Shown here piece after piece: positions 10,220 through 18,765 of a DNA stretch of 32,000 nucleotides. This DNA comes from Candidatus Saccharimonadota bacterium. Its GTDB lineage: Bacteria > Pseudomonadota > Alphaproteobacteria > CAJXXZ01 > 1604HC. The DNA lies in NCBI RefSeq assembly GCF_008189525.1, contig NZ_CP043314.1, forward strand, positions 180,001 through 212,000, in the 5' to 3' direction. Made by a program: the position numbers and the translations under genes. A model generated the notes under the pieces. The model worked only from the letters and a program-made list of their open reading frames with translations. It was not told the DNA's origin and did not search any database. How positions within the stretch are numbered: the stretch's first letter is position 1; each line of letters opens with the position of its first letter.

Positions 10220-12757
10220 TTATAATTTTCCGAAATTACAGTACGCTTCTAATTTATCTATACATAACCCTAGGATTTTTTGTACATTTTTATCCTCAGA
10301 TATAAAAACATTTTCAAATATTTCTTCTACTTCTTTTGATATATGGTACAGATTCTCTAAATTCAATTCAGATTTAAGTAAATGTAACAGAGAAGGATAG
10401 CTAGAGAAATCTGCAAGATTTTCTGGAATTTCTATATTTACTGTTTTGTAATTTTCGAACTTATTTGGTTTTTCTGATTTCGTTAAATTTATATTGTTTA
10501 ATCTTTTATAGATTGATACTACTTCACTTAATTTCCCATTTTTGTTAAATAGATCTATTTCATTTAATTTATTTTTAGAATTCCAGAAATAATCTGATTT
10601 GTGTATCAATTTGCTTACATTATTCAACTTGTTAAATTCTTTTGTATTTAAATATTCAATTCTTTTTTCTATAAATGGAATTACATCTTTTGTTTTGTGC
10701 AGTGTGATTCCTTGATTCTCATATTCATTACTTAGAAAATCAATTAAAGCATGTAAATCAGGGAATTTGTTTACTAGTTCAGATTTTTCATTGCTAATTT
10801 TACAGATTAATTCTTGATTTAAATAAAAACCTAAATCAACTAACTCAAGCGCTTTACGTCTAATTCCTAAAGGGTCTGATGATCCTGTTGGTGTGAATCC
10901 TTTTCCTATAAACCCTATTATAGTATCCAATCTATCAATGAACCCTAAAATCGCACTTTCAAGATTTTGTTCTGATTTAGTCAAGATTGAGTTTTTGATG
11001 ATTTTTCCTACAGTTTCTATGTTTATGTCATGGTTACTATTTTTTATTTCAAGAGGCTCATTATCATTTTTCTGATTTGTTATATTTTCATTATTATTGC
11101 AGTTAATTTTTTCATGTTGTGAAAAGAAAATTTCTGATAAATGGCCTCTTAATCCATTTATTTCATCTAAACAGCCCATACATAATTCAACTTGGTAAAG
11201 TTCAGAAGCTTTAAGTAATGTTTTATATTCTGAATCTCCTAGTAATATTGTGCTTAAGTTTAATTTTGTGTTGGAATTTATTTTTTCTATCTGCTTTTCA
11301 AGAATCTTCATTACATATGCTATAGAATTAGAAACTCTTTCTTGTTTCTGTCCTAACGAACCTAATGAATCAAAAAATGTAGTTTGTGCAAGTTTTTTTA
11401 AATATGATTCTACTGAAGTAGAGCAATCTTTTTCCCAGAAAAATTCCATATCATTTAATCTAGCTGCTAGAGATTTTGTTTTTTGAGATATTATAAATTT
11501 ATTGCATTCTTTTTCTGAGACTACTATAAATTCACTGTGTAGCTTATAACCTTTCTTTAATTCTGCTGAGTGAACCTTCTTTATATTATTTTGCAAATTT
11601 AGATTGTTATCATTAATTTGTGTATCATTATTCTCTTTACAAAGATTTTTTTGATCTGAATTTTGATCTACATTAATATTCATTTCACTTACTTTGCTTT
11701 TCTCAAACAAAGGTATATGCATATTTCCTTTTATAACCTCATATATAATTTGATCAGGTAGATTGGTTTTAGGTGATTGTGCTTTATGAACGAAAATAGA
11801 TTCAGCTTCTTCAGAAATGTATTCTAAATCTTCTTTAGAATAATATTTGGTTTTGTAATCTTGTATGCAAAATTCTTCATTAGGTTTATTTGAATCCTTT
11901 GAATCCGAGTTACATAAATTAGATTCATTAGAAGCATTGTGATTACAGCTTGCAGAGCTGGCATTGGCAATTTTAGAAATTTCAGATTCGACTTTTTCAA
12001 CTTTTTCAGACAAAGTTAAGAATATATTTTTCTTAGCTAGTTTTTGCAAGTAATCCTTGAAAGAATTTGCATGAAATTCTGTCTTTTCTTTCAGATTGTA
12101 CAAAAAACTTTGTGATGTAGTTATTTCAAATTCGTTAAAGTACCAAAGGAGTGGCATTCCATTTAATAGAGACACTATTCTTCTTACAGGCCTTATCCAT
12201 GGTTGTTTTTCTGTCCAACGCATGAATTCGTTCCATTTCATTGTTTTTATTGATTCTTTTGTCACTTCATACAAAATTTCATTTATTGGATTGCTCTCAT
12301 AGGTTTTTTTTATATACAAAAATCCATTTTTTTCATATAAATCTGTTTTTTTCTTATCATATTTATTTAGGAATTTTTCTACTATATTTTTATCAATTTC
12401 TTTTTTTGGTCCTTTTATTTCTTCTGAATCTTTTTGTACTGCAAATGGTAAGTTCGTAACATGAGAAACAAGTTTGTTTTTAGTGATATATGAGGTTGTA
12501 TTGAATCCTTTTATATGTTGAGAAACAAGGGCTTTTGATATACATTCATTCCATTTTGATAAAAAGGTCTGGGAGCTATTTGGTATGGATTCTTGTGAAA
12601 ACTCTACAATCCATTCATTTGAATTTTCATTTTCTGTGTTTAGGATTTTATCTATGTTTTCTATAGTATTTAGGACGTGACCTTTTGAATCTTTTGATAA
12701 AGAATTTGAATCTTTGTTTATAAGATTATGTTCTGATGTTTTATTGTGATTATTCAT
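10220..12757 (-). CDS. glyS: Glycyl-tRNA synthetase beta subunit, with low-complexity insertions
   Basis: Lies immediately downstream of glyQ. Conserved blocks are WIVEFSQESIP (matching the usual N-terminal LVEIGTEELP type), FMRWTEKQPWIRPVRRIVSLLNG and FTPTGSSDPLGIRRKALELV. At 845 aa it is clearly longer than the roughly 690 aa I recall for E. coli GlyS, because of N/S/K/D-rich inserts. Confidence 0.9.
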   Translation of the reverse strand: MNNHNKTSEHNLINKDSNSLSKDSKGHVLNTIENIDKILNTENENSNEWIVEFSQESIPNSSQTFLSKWNECISKALVSQHIKGFNTTSYITKNKLVSHVTNLPFAVQKDSEEIKGPKKEIDKNIVEKFLNKYDKKKTDLYEKNGFLYIKKTYESNPINEILYEVTKESIKTMKWNEFMRWTEKQPWIRPVRRIVSLLNGMPLLWYFNEFEITTSQSFLYNLKEKTEFHANSFKDYLQKLAKKNIFLTLSEKVEKVESEISKIANASSASCNHNASNESNLCNSDSKDSNKPNEEFCIQDYKTKYYSKEDLEYISEEAESIFVHKAQSPKTNLPDQIIYEVIKGNMHIPLFEKSKVSEMNINVDQNSDQKNLCKENNDTQINDNNLNLQNNIKKVHSAELKKGYKLHSEFIVVSEKECNKFIISQKTKSLAARLNDMEFFWEKDCSTSVESYLKKLAQTTFFDSLGSLGQKQERVSNSIAYVMKILEKQIEKINSNTKLNLSTILLGDSEYKTLLKASELYQVELCMGCLDEINGLRGHLSEIFFSQHEKINCNNNENITNQKNDNEPLEIKNSNHDINIETVGKIIKNSILTKSEQNLESAILGFIDRLDTIIGFIGKGFTPTGSSDPLGIRRKALELVDLGFYLNQELICKISNEKSELVNKFPDLHALIDFLSNEYENQGITLHKTKDVIPFIEKRIEYLNTKEFNKLNNVSKLIHKSDYFWNSKNKLNEIDLFNKNGKLSEVVSIYKRLNNINLTKSEKPNKFENYKTVNIEIPENLADFSSYPSLLHLLKSELNLENLYHISKEVEEIFENVFISEDKNVQKILGLCIDKLEAYCNFGKL

Positions 12758-12809
12758 ATTTTGTTCCCTGTATTAATTTTTATATTTTGTCGTAAAATCG
12801 TAAAAAATG

Positions 12810-13643
12810 TTAGTTTTTATAGCTATTGTAACACTCAACGCACTGTATACAATAATTTCTAATCATAGCTATTCTCTCTACTCTTTGAGTTTTACTAAAA
12901 CCACCTCGGGCTTCAAGTATATTAAAAACATTACTCATTTTCAAAAACGCTTCATAAGCTGGATAAGCAAATTTCTTGATTAAAAATAGTTCACAATTCT
13001 TTTTATAAATTTCAAATAGATTTCTTAGACTTTCTGTATCATATATATTACTAGAAACTTCACTAAACTCATCATCTCCAAAAAATACTTCACTGTATTT
13101 TTGTCCATTATTTACTTCTATTTCTCTCCAATTATTTAAATCTTGTATTATCATAGCTGTTCTTTCCAAACCATAAGTTATTTCTACTATAGGTTTCTCA
13201 AGCTCTTTATCTGCTATTTGTTGGAAATAAGAGAATTGACATATTTCTGTATCATTTGCCCATATTTCAGTTCCTTTTCCGAATGATCCTAGGCTAGGGC
13301 TTTTCCATTCATCTCCTATAAACTTTAGTTCATAATTGCTTGAAGAAAGACCTAAAATGTCAAAACTTTGCATTAATAAATCTTGCATGTTTTCTGGAAT
13401 TGGCTCTATAAGAACTTGAAATTGATGGTGTTTGAAAAGTCTGTGTGGACTGTTTTTTCTACTATCTTGAGGTCGTCTTGAAGGTTGTACAAATGCTATG
13501 TTAGTTTTTTTAGAAAGTATAAAAGCAGGGTGGAAAGTACCAGCTCCTATTTCTGTATCCCATGGCTGTATTAACGTACATCCTTGTTTGCACCAGAAAT
13601 CAGATAATTTTTCTATTATTTGATTGAAAGATAGTTTGTTCAT
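12810..13643 (-). CDS. glyQ: Glycyl-tRNA synthetase alpha subunit
   Basis: FWCKQGCTLIQPWDTEIGAGTFHPAF, QPSRRPQDSRKNSPHRLFKHHQFQV and ITYGLERTAMIIQ are all characteristic GlyQ blocks. At 277 aa the size is typical. Confidence 0.95.
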   Translation of the reverse strand: MNKLSFNQIIEKLSDFWCKQGCTLIQPWDTEIGAGTFHPAFILSKKTNIAFVQPSRRPQDSRKNSPHRLFKHHQFQVLIEPIPENMQDLLMQSFDILGLSSSNYELKFIGDEWKSPSLGSFGKGTEIWANDTEICQFSYFQQIADKELEKPIVEITYGLERTAMIIQDLNNWREIEVNNGQKYSEVFFGDDEFSEVSSNIYDTESLRNLFEIYKKNCELFLIKKFAYPAYEAFLKMSNVFNILEARGGFSKTQRVERIAMIRNYCIQCVECYNSYKN

Positions 13644-13815
13644 TTGTTTATTTTACTTCATGGATTAATAAAAAACAGCTCTGAGTTCAAAATCTTATTT
13701 AGGATTTGTAATCAAATTGTAATCAAAGTATAAAAATCACTTTAATTCTTGCTAGAATATCCTTTTTACAGCTCTTATCTATGTCAGTTGTTAATTAAAC
13801 TTGTTAATGAAAGTT

Positions 13816-14964
13816 TTAATTTTGTTTAATATGTTTTATATTTTCTAATTTATGTAAAATCTCTCTTTCCAAAGATTCTAAAAGTGTTATATCTATGTTT
13901 TTTTCTTTTTTAATACAAATTAACATTTCGAAAATATGACCTAGTATTGGATCTTTTTTGAAAATTTCTGATGCGTAATTCTTTGCAGAATTAAATATCC
14001 CAAAATCTATAGAAGCTTTAGTTAAAATAACAAGTGAACTTAATTCATTTTCAAACTTAGATACTAAATTCTCTACCATACTGAATTGCTTTGAATCTAT
14101 TTTGTCAATCAGCTTTAAATAGTAAATTCCTAGCTTAATAGAGTGGTTTTTTCTCCAAAATGCTTCTATTATTTCTAATTTCTGATTCTTATTTCTTTTT
14201 GTTAAGATTAGTTCATTAACAATATCCTCATTGTTTGGGTTTATTTCAAATGCATGCTCTATTTTCTGTACATCTTTCGTTGTTTTATAGTGTTCTAAAA
14301 GAACTAATGATTTTTTTTGTAAATATGCATTTTTGACTATTAAGTTGTCTCTTAGCATTTCTTTTAGTATTTCAATTGCCTTGTCGAAGTTCTTATTTAT
14401 AATTAAGCAGTTTATGAAATAATCATAAATATATTTTCCTACTTTAAAGTTCATTACTAAATATTCAAAATGCTTCAATGATTCTTCATAATTTTTGTCT
14501 TCATATGTTTCATTTGCTTTTACAAATGTACGTAAAGCCTTTGTTTTTAGTGTTTTATCTATCTTTGATGCAATGTCTAGATCTTTACAGTCACTTAACA
14601 AGAATCTTGAGATTAAATATGCTTGATCTGGATCTTTCATTTGTAGCAGAGGAGCTGGTTTGTTTCCCAGAATTTTTAGTACTACATGATTTGCTAACTT
14701 ATTATGCTCCTTTATTTGGTATTTTTTTTCTCTAGATTTGCCTATGGATTTGAAGAAATTCTTAATAAAAAACATCATCTTTGTAAGATAAATAGAAAGC
14801 ATTGAGAACAAAACTATATACATAAATACATCCCACACAGTAAGCGCTATGTTTTCTTCTGATAAGAACTGTATGTCTAAATTCTTTAGCGGATAAAATA
14901 TATATCCGAAGAATGTTAAAACCAGTAATGGTTTGAAAAGTTTGTAAATTATCTTAAAAAACAT
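13816..14964 (-). CDS. HemY-like membrane protein with helical (TPR-like) repeats
   Basis: Two N-terminal hydrophobic helices (LLVLTFFGYIFYPL and VWDVFMYIVLFSMLSIYLTKMMFFI) bracket a short DIQFLSEENIAL segment. A basic stretch follows (KSIGKSREKKYQIK), then repeated amphipathic helices (NYEESLKHFEYLV, FDKAIEILKEML, and others). This is the HemY_N-type layout, as in E. coli HemY. The start ATG overlaps the upstream stop. Confidence 0.6.
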   Translation of the reverse strand: MFFKIIYKLFKPLLVLTFFGYIFYPLKNLDIQFLSEENIALTVWDVFMYIVLFSMLSIYLTKMMFFIKNFFKSIGKSREKKYQIKEHNKLANHVVLKILGNKPAPLLQMKDPDQAYLISRFLLSDCKDLDIASKIDKTLKTKALRTFVKANETYEDKNYEESLKHFEYLVMNFKVGKYIYDYFINCLIINKNFDKAIEILKEMLRDNLIVKNAYLQKKSLVLLEHYKTTKDVQKIEHAFEINPNNEDIVNELILTKRNKNQKLEIIEAFWRKNHSIKLGIYYLKLIDKIDSKQFSMVENLVSKFENELSSLVILTKASIDFGIFNSAKNYASEIFKKDPILGHIFEMLICIKKEKNIDITLLESLEREILHKLENIKHIKQN

Positions 14965-14966
14965 TA
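14962..14966 (-). promoter_or_regulatory. TAATG stop/start overlap (translational coupling) between the 371-aa ORF and the HemY-like gene
   Basis: On the minus strand the sequence reads TAATG. TAA (14964-14966) ends the upstream ORF and ATG (14962-14964) starts the downstream one, sharing one nucleotide. Confidence 0.6.
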
Positions 14967-16079
14967 TTTATCTCTGCTTTCTATTTTTAACTGTTTATTG
15001 TTGTCATTTTTTGTATATTCTGATTGATTTTTGATTTCATGATTATTTTTACTGACCCTATAATTCATTCTACTGTTAATCTTATTTTTATTTATTAAAT
15101 CATTATAGGTTTTGTTATCGTTATCAGTTTTATCATTATTAATTCTATTTTCGTTTATTTTGCTTCTAACATGATTTTCTGCGTTTCTTACTTCTGTATA
15201 AGCTTTGATCCACATTTCTGCATCTTTTAACCATTTTTCGGCTTTGCTTCTTCTATAGCAACTACTAAAATGTTCATTTTCGTATTCTTCTTTTTCAAAA
15301 CTTGCTGTTTTATGCACGATTCCATTTTTAATGTCTGATTTGTTTTGCTTGAACTCTTCACTATATTCTTCAGGGTTTTGATTTATTTTTAAGTCTTGAT
15401 TATCTTTTACAGCTTCTATGTCTGGAAATGACTTGTGTTGCTTTAACATTGCTTTTGTAAAATGCACTGCTTTTATTAATCCATATATATCTGTAGATAT
15501 TAAAGAACGTACATTCATTGCTTGTTTGTATTCCGATTTCCAATAGCAAGAGAAGTCTTTTATTCTGCTTTTAACGAAATAGGATACAGAGTATATGTAT
15601 GCTAGGAATCCTTTGTCTTTTCTTGGAAATATTAAGCTATAAAATGGAAATGAATTTTTCAAGCTATGAAGTGAGATGTTATGTTCTTTAAGCTGATTTA
15701 TACTCTCGAAATCTGATTTATATTCTGAGATCGGATTAAATCTCGGATTTGAATTGTTAGTATTATTTTGGGTTTTATATGATTTTTTAGAGCAGCTTGT
15801 TTTTCTCTTGAAAAAATTAAAATTCCATCTTTTAAATCTTCTTTTTGTAGTAGAGCTGTCTTTTGTAGGACAGTAAGATCTAGTTTGTGGTTGGTACGAA
15901 AGTAGTATTAAGTAATCTTCATATTTTGGTATGTTTAGTGCGTTTTCTTTTGTTTTTCTATGTGTATTTATTGAATTAGATTCAATTTGTATGTTTGTTT
16001 TATTTTCTTGTGGCATGCAAAAAGAATTCTTACAAAACATTCCTAGAAGAACTGTAATTACAGAAGCATATAGTCTCAT
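14964..16079 (-). CDS. N-terminally anchored or secreted low-complexity protein; candidate HemX/Mic60-like partner of the HemY-like gene
   Basis: A 371-codon ORF with a hydrophobic N-terminus (MRLYASVITVLLGMFCKNSF) and N/K/S-rich composition. The C-terminal half has a hydrophobic-plus-basic segment (FLAYIYSVSYFVKSRIK) and an amphipathic AEKWLKDAEMWIKAYTEVRNAE helix. It is coupled to the HemY-like gene. The functional call rests on synteny, not on a confident motif match. Confidence 0.5.
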   Translation of the reverse strand: MRLYASVITVLLGMFCKNSFCMPQENKTNIQIESNSINTHRKTKENALNIPKYEDYLILLSYQPQTRSYCPTKDSSTTKRRFKRWNFNFFKRKTSCSKKSYKTQNNTNNSNPRFNPISEYKSDFESINQLKEHNISLHSLKNSFPFYSLIFPRKDKGFLAYIYSVSYFVKSRIKDFSCYWKSEYKQAMNVRSLISTDIYGLIKAVHFTKAMLKQHKSFPDIEAVKDNQDLKINQNPEEYSEEFKQNKSDIKNGIVHKTASFEKEEYENEHFSSCYRRSKAEKWLKDAEMWIKAYTEVRNAENHVRSKINENRINNDKTDNDNKTYNDLINKNKINSRMNYRVSKNNHEIKNQSEYTKNDNNKQLKIESRDK

Positions 16080-16323
16080 ACTTTTACTATATTATCTCTA
16101 TTCTTCTATTTAAAGACTAAATAAATATTAAATATAAATTAAGCAATAAGAATAATTAAAAATAAATTTTTATTCGAAGTTTAATTTAAGTTGAAATTTT
16201 TATTTTTAAATTAAATATCTTCTATTACTTCGAATTGTTTGTATATTTATTTAATTTTTGCATTTGTTTTATTGTACAATCCACATAATTGATGCATATT
16301 TAATAGAGTATAAAAGGGGAAAG

Positions 16324-16851
16324 ATGATTTTTGAGTTTATTTTTTTTATGATAGGATCCATTCCTTCAGGAAGATTGATTTCTTTTTTGTTTAGAAAAGA
16401 GGATTTGAGGTTTGCTGGTTCTGGAAATATAGGAACTAGTAATGCTTGGAGAGTTAATGGAAAAATGGTCGGTTCTTTGACAGGGATTTTTGATGTATTA
16501 AAAGGACTTTCTGTTATTTTTTCTGGATCTATATTTTATTACGGAATGTTTGTTGTTCTAGGTAATATGTTTGCACCTTGGTCTGGTGGAAAAGGAATGG
16601 CAGTATTTTTTGGAATATGTTTAGCTTTTTTTGGTAAGATTGCTTTCATTTTCATTTTCACTTGGGCATTTTGTGTTTGGATTGGTTTTAGACCAGCACA
16701 TTCTTCATATATCAGTCTTTTGTTAGTGAATTTGTATTTTGTTTTATGTGTAGGAAAATGTATTAGCTTTTTATTGATTATTTCACTAATTATTTTAATG
16801 AGACATTTGCTTTGGAATAAGAATTTTTACAATAAGGATAAAGAACTGTAG
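16324..16851 (+). CDS. plsY: Glycerol-3-phosphate acyltransferase PlsY
   Basis: IGSIPSGRLISFLF...DLRFAGSGNIGTSNAWRVNG matches the PlsY signature GSGNxGxxN. It is a multi-TM protein. The likely start is the ATG at 16324, preceded by AAAGGGGA; the ORF track extends to a TTG at 16258. Confidence 0.88.
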   Translation: MIFEFIFFMIGSIPSGRLISFLFRKEDLRFAGSGNIGTSNAWRVNGKMVGSLTGIFDVLKGLSVIFSGSIFYYGMFVVLGNMFAPWSGGKGMAVFFGICLAFFGKIAFIFIFTWAFCVWIGFRPAHSSYISLLLVNLYFVLCVGKCISFLLIISLIILMRHLLWNKNFYNKDKEL

Positions 16852-17201
16852 TAACTATTACTAGAGTTAATATTTATAGATAGAATAATTAAAAAAATCA
16901 AATAGATACAATTCAAGTTGTACGGTAAATTTAAATGTGCAATAAAATCAAATGGATGCACATGTTTAGATTGCTTATTTTAAATAGGTTTTAAGTTATG
17001 AAGTATATTTATTATTGATTGTGGTGTAGAAGGTTTGTGACAAGTTTTATTGTACTTATTGATTTATAAAGATATTTTGGTTTTATTTTTTTTACAGTTA
17101 AGAATCTTATGTTGTACGAATTCTTACATTCTTGATTAAAAATGTGTGCTAGTTTATTAAATGGGATTATATCTTGTTAATTCTTGTTTCTGAAAGGATT
17201 T

Positions 17202-18737
17202 ATGAATAAAAGTTTTGATATAGAAATATCAATTGAAGAGAAGGTTAAATGGATTCAAGTTATAAGGTCTAGAAATATAGGCCCTGTAACATGTAATTAT
17301 TTGTTTAGAAGATACAAAAGTATAAATGATGTAGCTAAAAGCTTGTTATCCGATAAGAAAGAGCTGATTTTAGAATCTGAAGCCAGAGCAGAATTAGAGA
17401 ATGTAGAAAAAATTGGAGGAAACATTATAACCTTCAATGACCCTAAATATCCTGCGTTGTTAAGAAATTTACGTGATGCCCCTCCAGTTCTTTCAGTAAA
17501 AGGAGATTTATCTTTGCTTGAGAAAAATGATAAGTTTTTTGCTGTAGTTGGTTCTAGGAATCCTTCAATACAAACCCAAGCAATAACAGAAAGATTGTCA
17601 AAAGGCTTAGGTGAAAAAGGTTATATTACTGTGTCTGGCTTGGCTAGAGGAGTAGATACAGCTGCTCACAAAGCATCTATAAGAAGTGGCACAATTGCAG
17701 TTATTGCAAATGGAATAGATCAGGTTTATCCAAGTGAAAATATGCATTTGTCTGATATGATTTCAAAAAAAGGTTTACTTGTTTCTGAAGTTAAGTTTGG
17801 CACTACACCTTCTCAACATCTGTTTCCTGCTAGAAACAGAATAATAGCAGGGATAAGTTTGGGTGTTTTGGTGGTAGAAGCTGGATTAAAATCTGGATCA
17901 CTAATTACTGTAGACTTTGCTTTAGAAAATGGTAGAGAGGTTTTTGCTGTTCCTGGCTGTCCTTTAGATCCAAGATCAAGAGGCACAAATAAGATGTTGA
18001 AGGAAGGTGCTGTGTTGGTAGAAAATATATACGACATAGTTGATAATATTCCTACAGAAGATGATGTTGAGAATAAGAATGTTTTTTTGGATTCTGAAAA
18101 AAATGAAAGAAAAATCTTGGAAACTGACTTAACAAATAAATCAAATCATGAAATTAACAGTGTAAAAGGTAGTAGTGTAAAAAGTGTGAAGAATATATTT
18201 AGTGAAAATAATTCGTTTGAAAAAAAAGATAATATTAATGAGCCGAAGGGTTGTGATTCAGAAAATATTGATTCAGAGCTACTAATTAATAATTTAAATA
18301 AAAAGAATTTAGAAAATATACCTAACTCAGATGGCTTGGATGTTCCTGATTTAGAAAACAAATCCGATTCTAATGAATCTCGTTGTGGAATAGATGTAAA
18401 ACATAATATTTCTGAAGAAGAGTCTAAAGATAGTAAAGTTAACAAGGGAAATATGCAGAATCATATATTTAAAAATATCACATTACCTTTCAGCACAGAA
18501 GATGTTAATGAAGATGCTCTATCTTTTAATAAGAAAGGTTGTGAAATCTTATCTTGCAGTAAGATAGATCTGAAGAATTATATATTATCCCTAATTGGAT
18601 CTAGCGCTATTTCTATAGAAAGTATTGTAGAAAAAATGGAATTACCTCCTTCCGAAATTAGATCCATTCTTGTGGAATTAGAACTGGAAGATAAAATAAT
18701 GCATTTAGTAGGAGACAAAATTTCCAGAATTTTTTAA
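17202..18737 (+). CDS. dprA: DNA-processing protein DprA/Smf, with a large low-complexity insertion
   Basis: The Rossmann-like core is VVGSRNPS...SGLARGVDTAAHKAS...AVIANGID..YPSEN...FPARNRIIAGISLGVLVVEAGLKSGSLIT...GREVFAVPG. A C-terminal winged-helix-like tail follows (SIESIVEKMELPPSEIRSILVELELEDKI). The ATG at 17202 follows AAAGGA; the track's first M is a TTG at 17184. Confidence 0.92.
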   Translation: MNKSFDIEISIEEKVKWIQVIRSRNIGPVTCNYLFRRYKSINDVAKSLLSDKKELILESEARAELENVEKIGGNIITFNDPKYPALLRNLRDAPPVLSVKGDLSLLEKNDKFFAVVGSRNPSIQTQAITERLSKGLGEKGYITVSGLARGVDTAAHKASIRSGTIAVIANGIDQVYPSENMHLSDMISKKGLLVSEVKFGTTPSQHLFPARNRIIAGISLGVLVVEAGLKSGSLITVDFALENGREVFAVPGCPLDPRSRGTNKMLKEGAVLVENIYDIVDNIPTEDDVENKNVFLDSEKNERKILETDLTNKSNHEINSVKGSSVKSVKNIFSENNSFEKKDNINEPKGCDSENIDSELLINNLNKKNLENIPNSDGLDVPDLENKSDSNESRCGIDVKHNISEEESKDSKVNKGNMQNHIFKNITLPFSTEDVNEDALSFNKKGCEILSCSKIDLKNYILSLIGSSAISIESIVEKMELPPSEIRSILVELELEDKIMHLVGDKISRIF

Positions 18738-18765
18738 TTTCCAGGTTTATCTAAATTAAAATTTT

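Noticed and set aside
16852-17201. 350-nt plsY-dprA spacer, checked for a small RNA gene or gene remnant. It holds near-repeats AAAATCAAATAGATACA / AAAATCAAATGGATGCA and an AAGAATC...GAATTCTT hairpin.
   Set aside because: No tRNA-like, SRP, RNase P or tmRNA signature is present, and there is no ORF of meaningful length. The repeats are short and AT-rich. Nothing supports a call without expression or conservation data.
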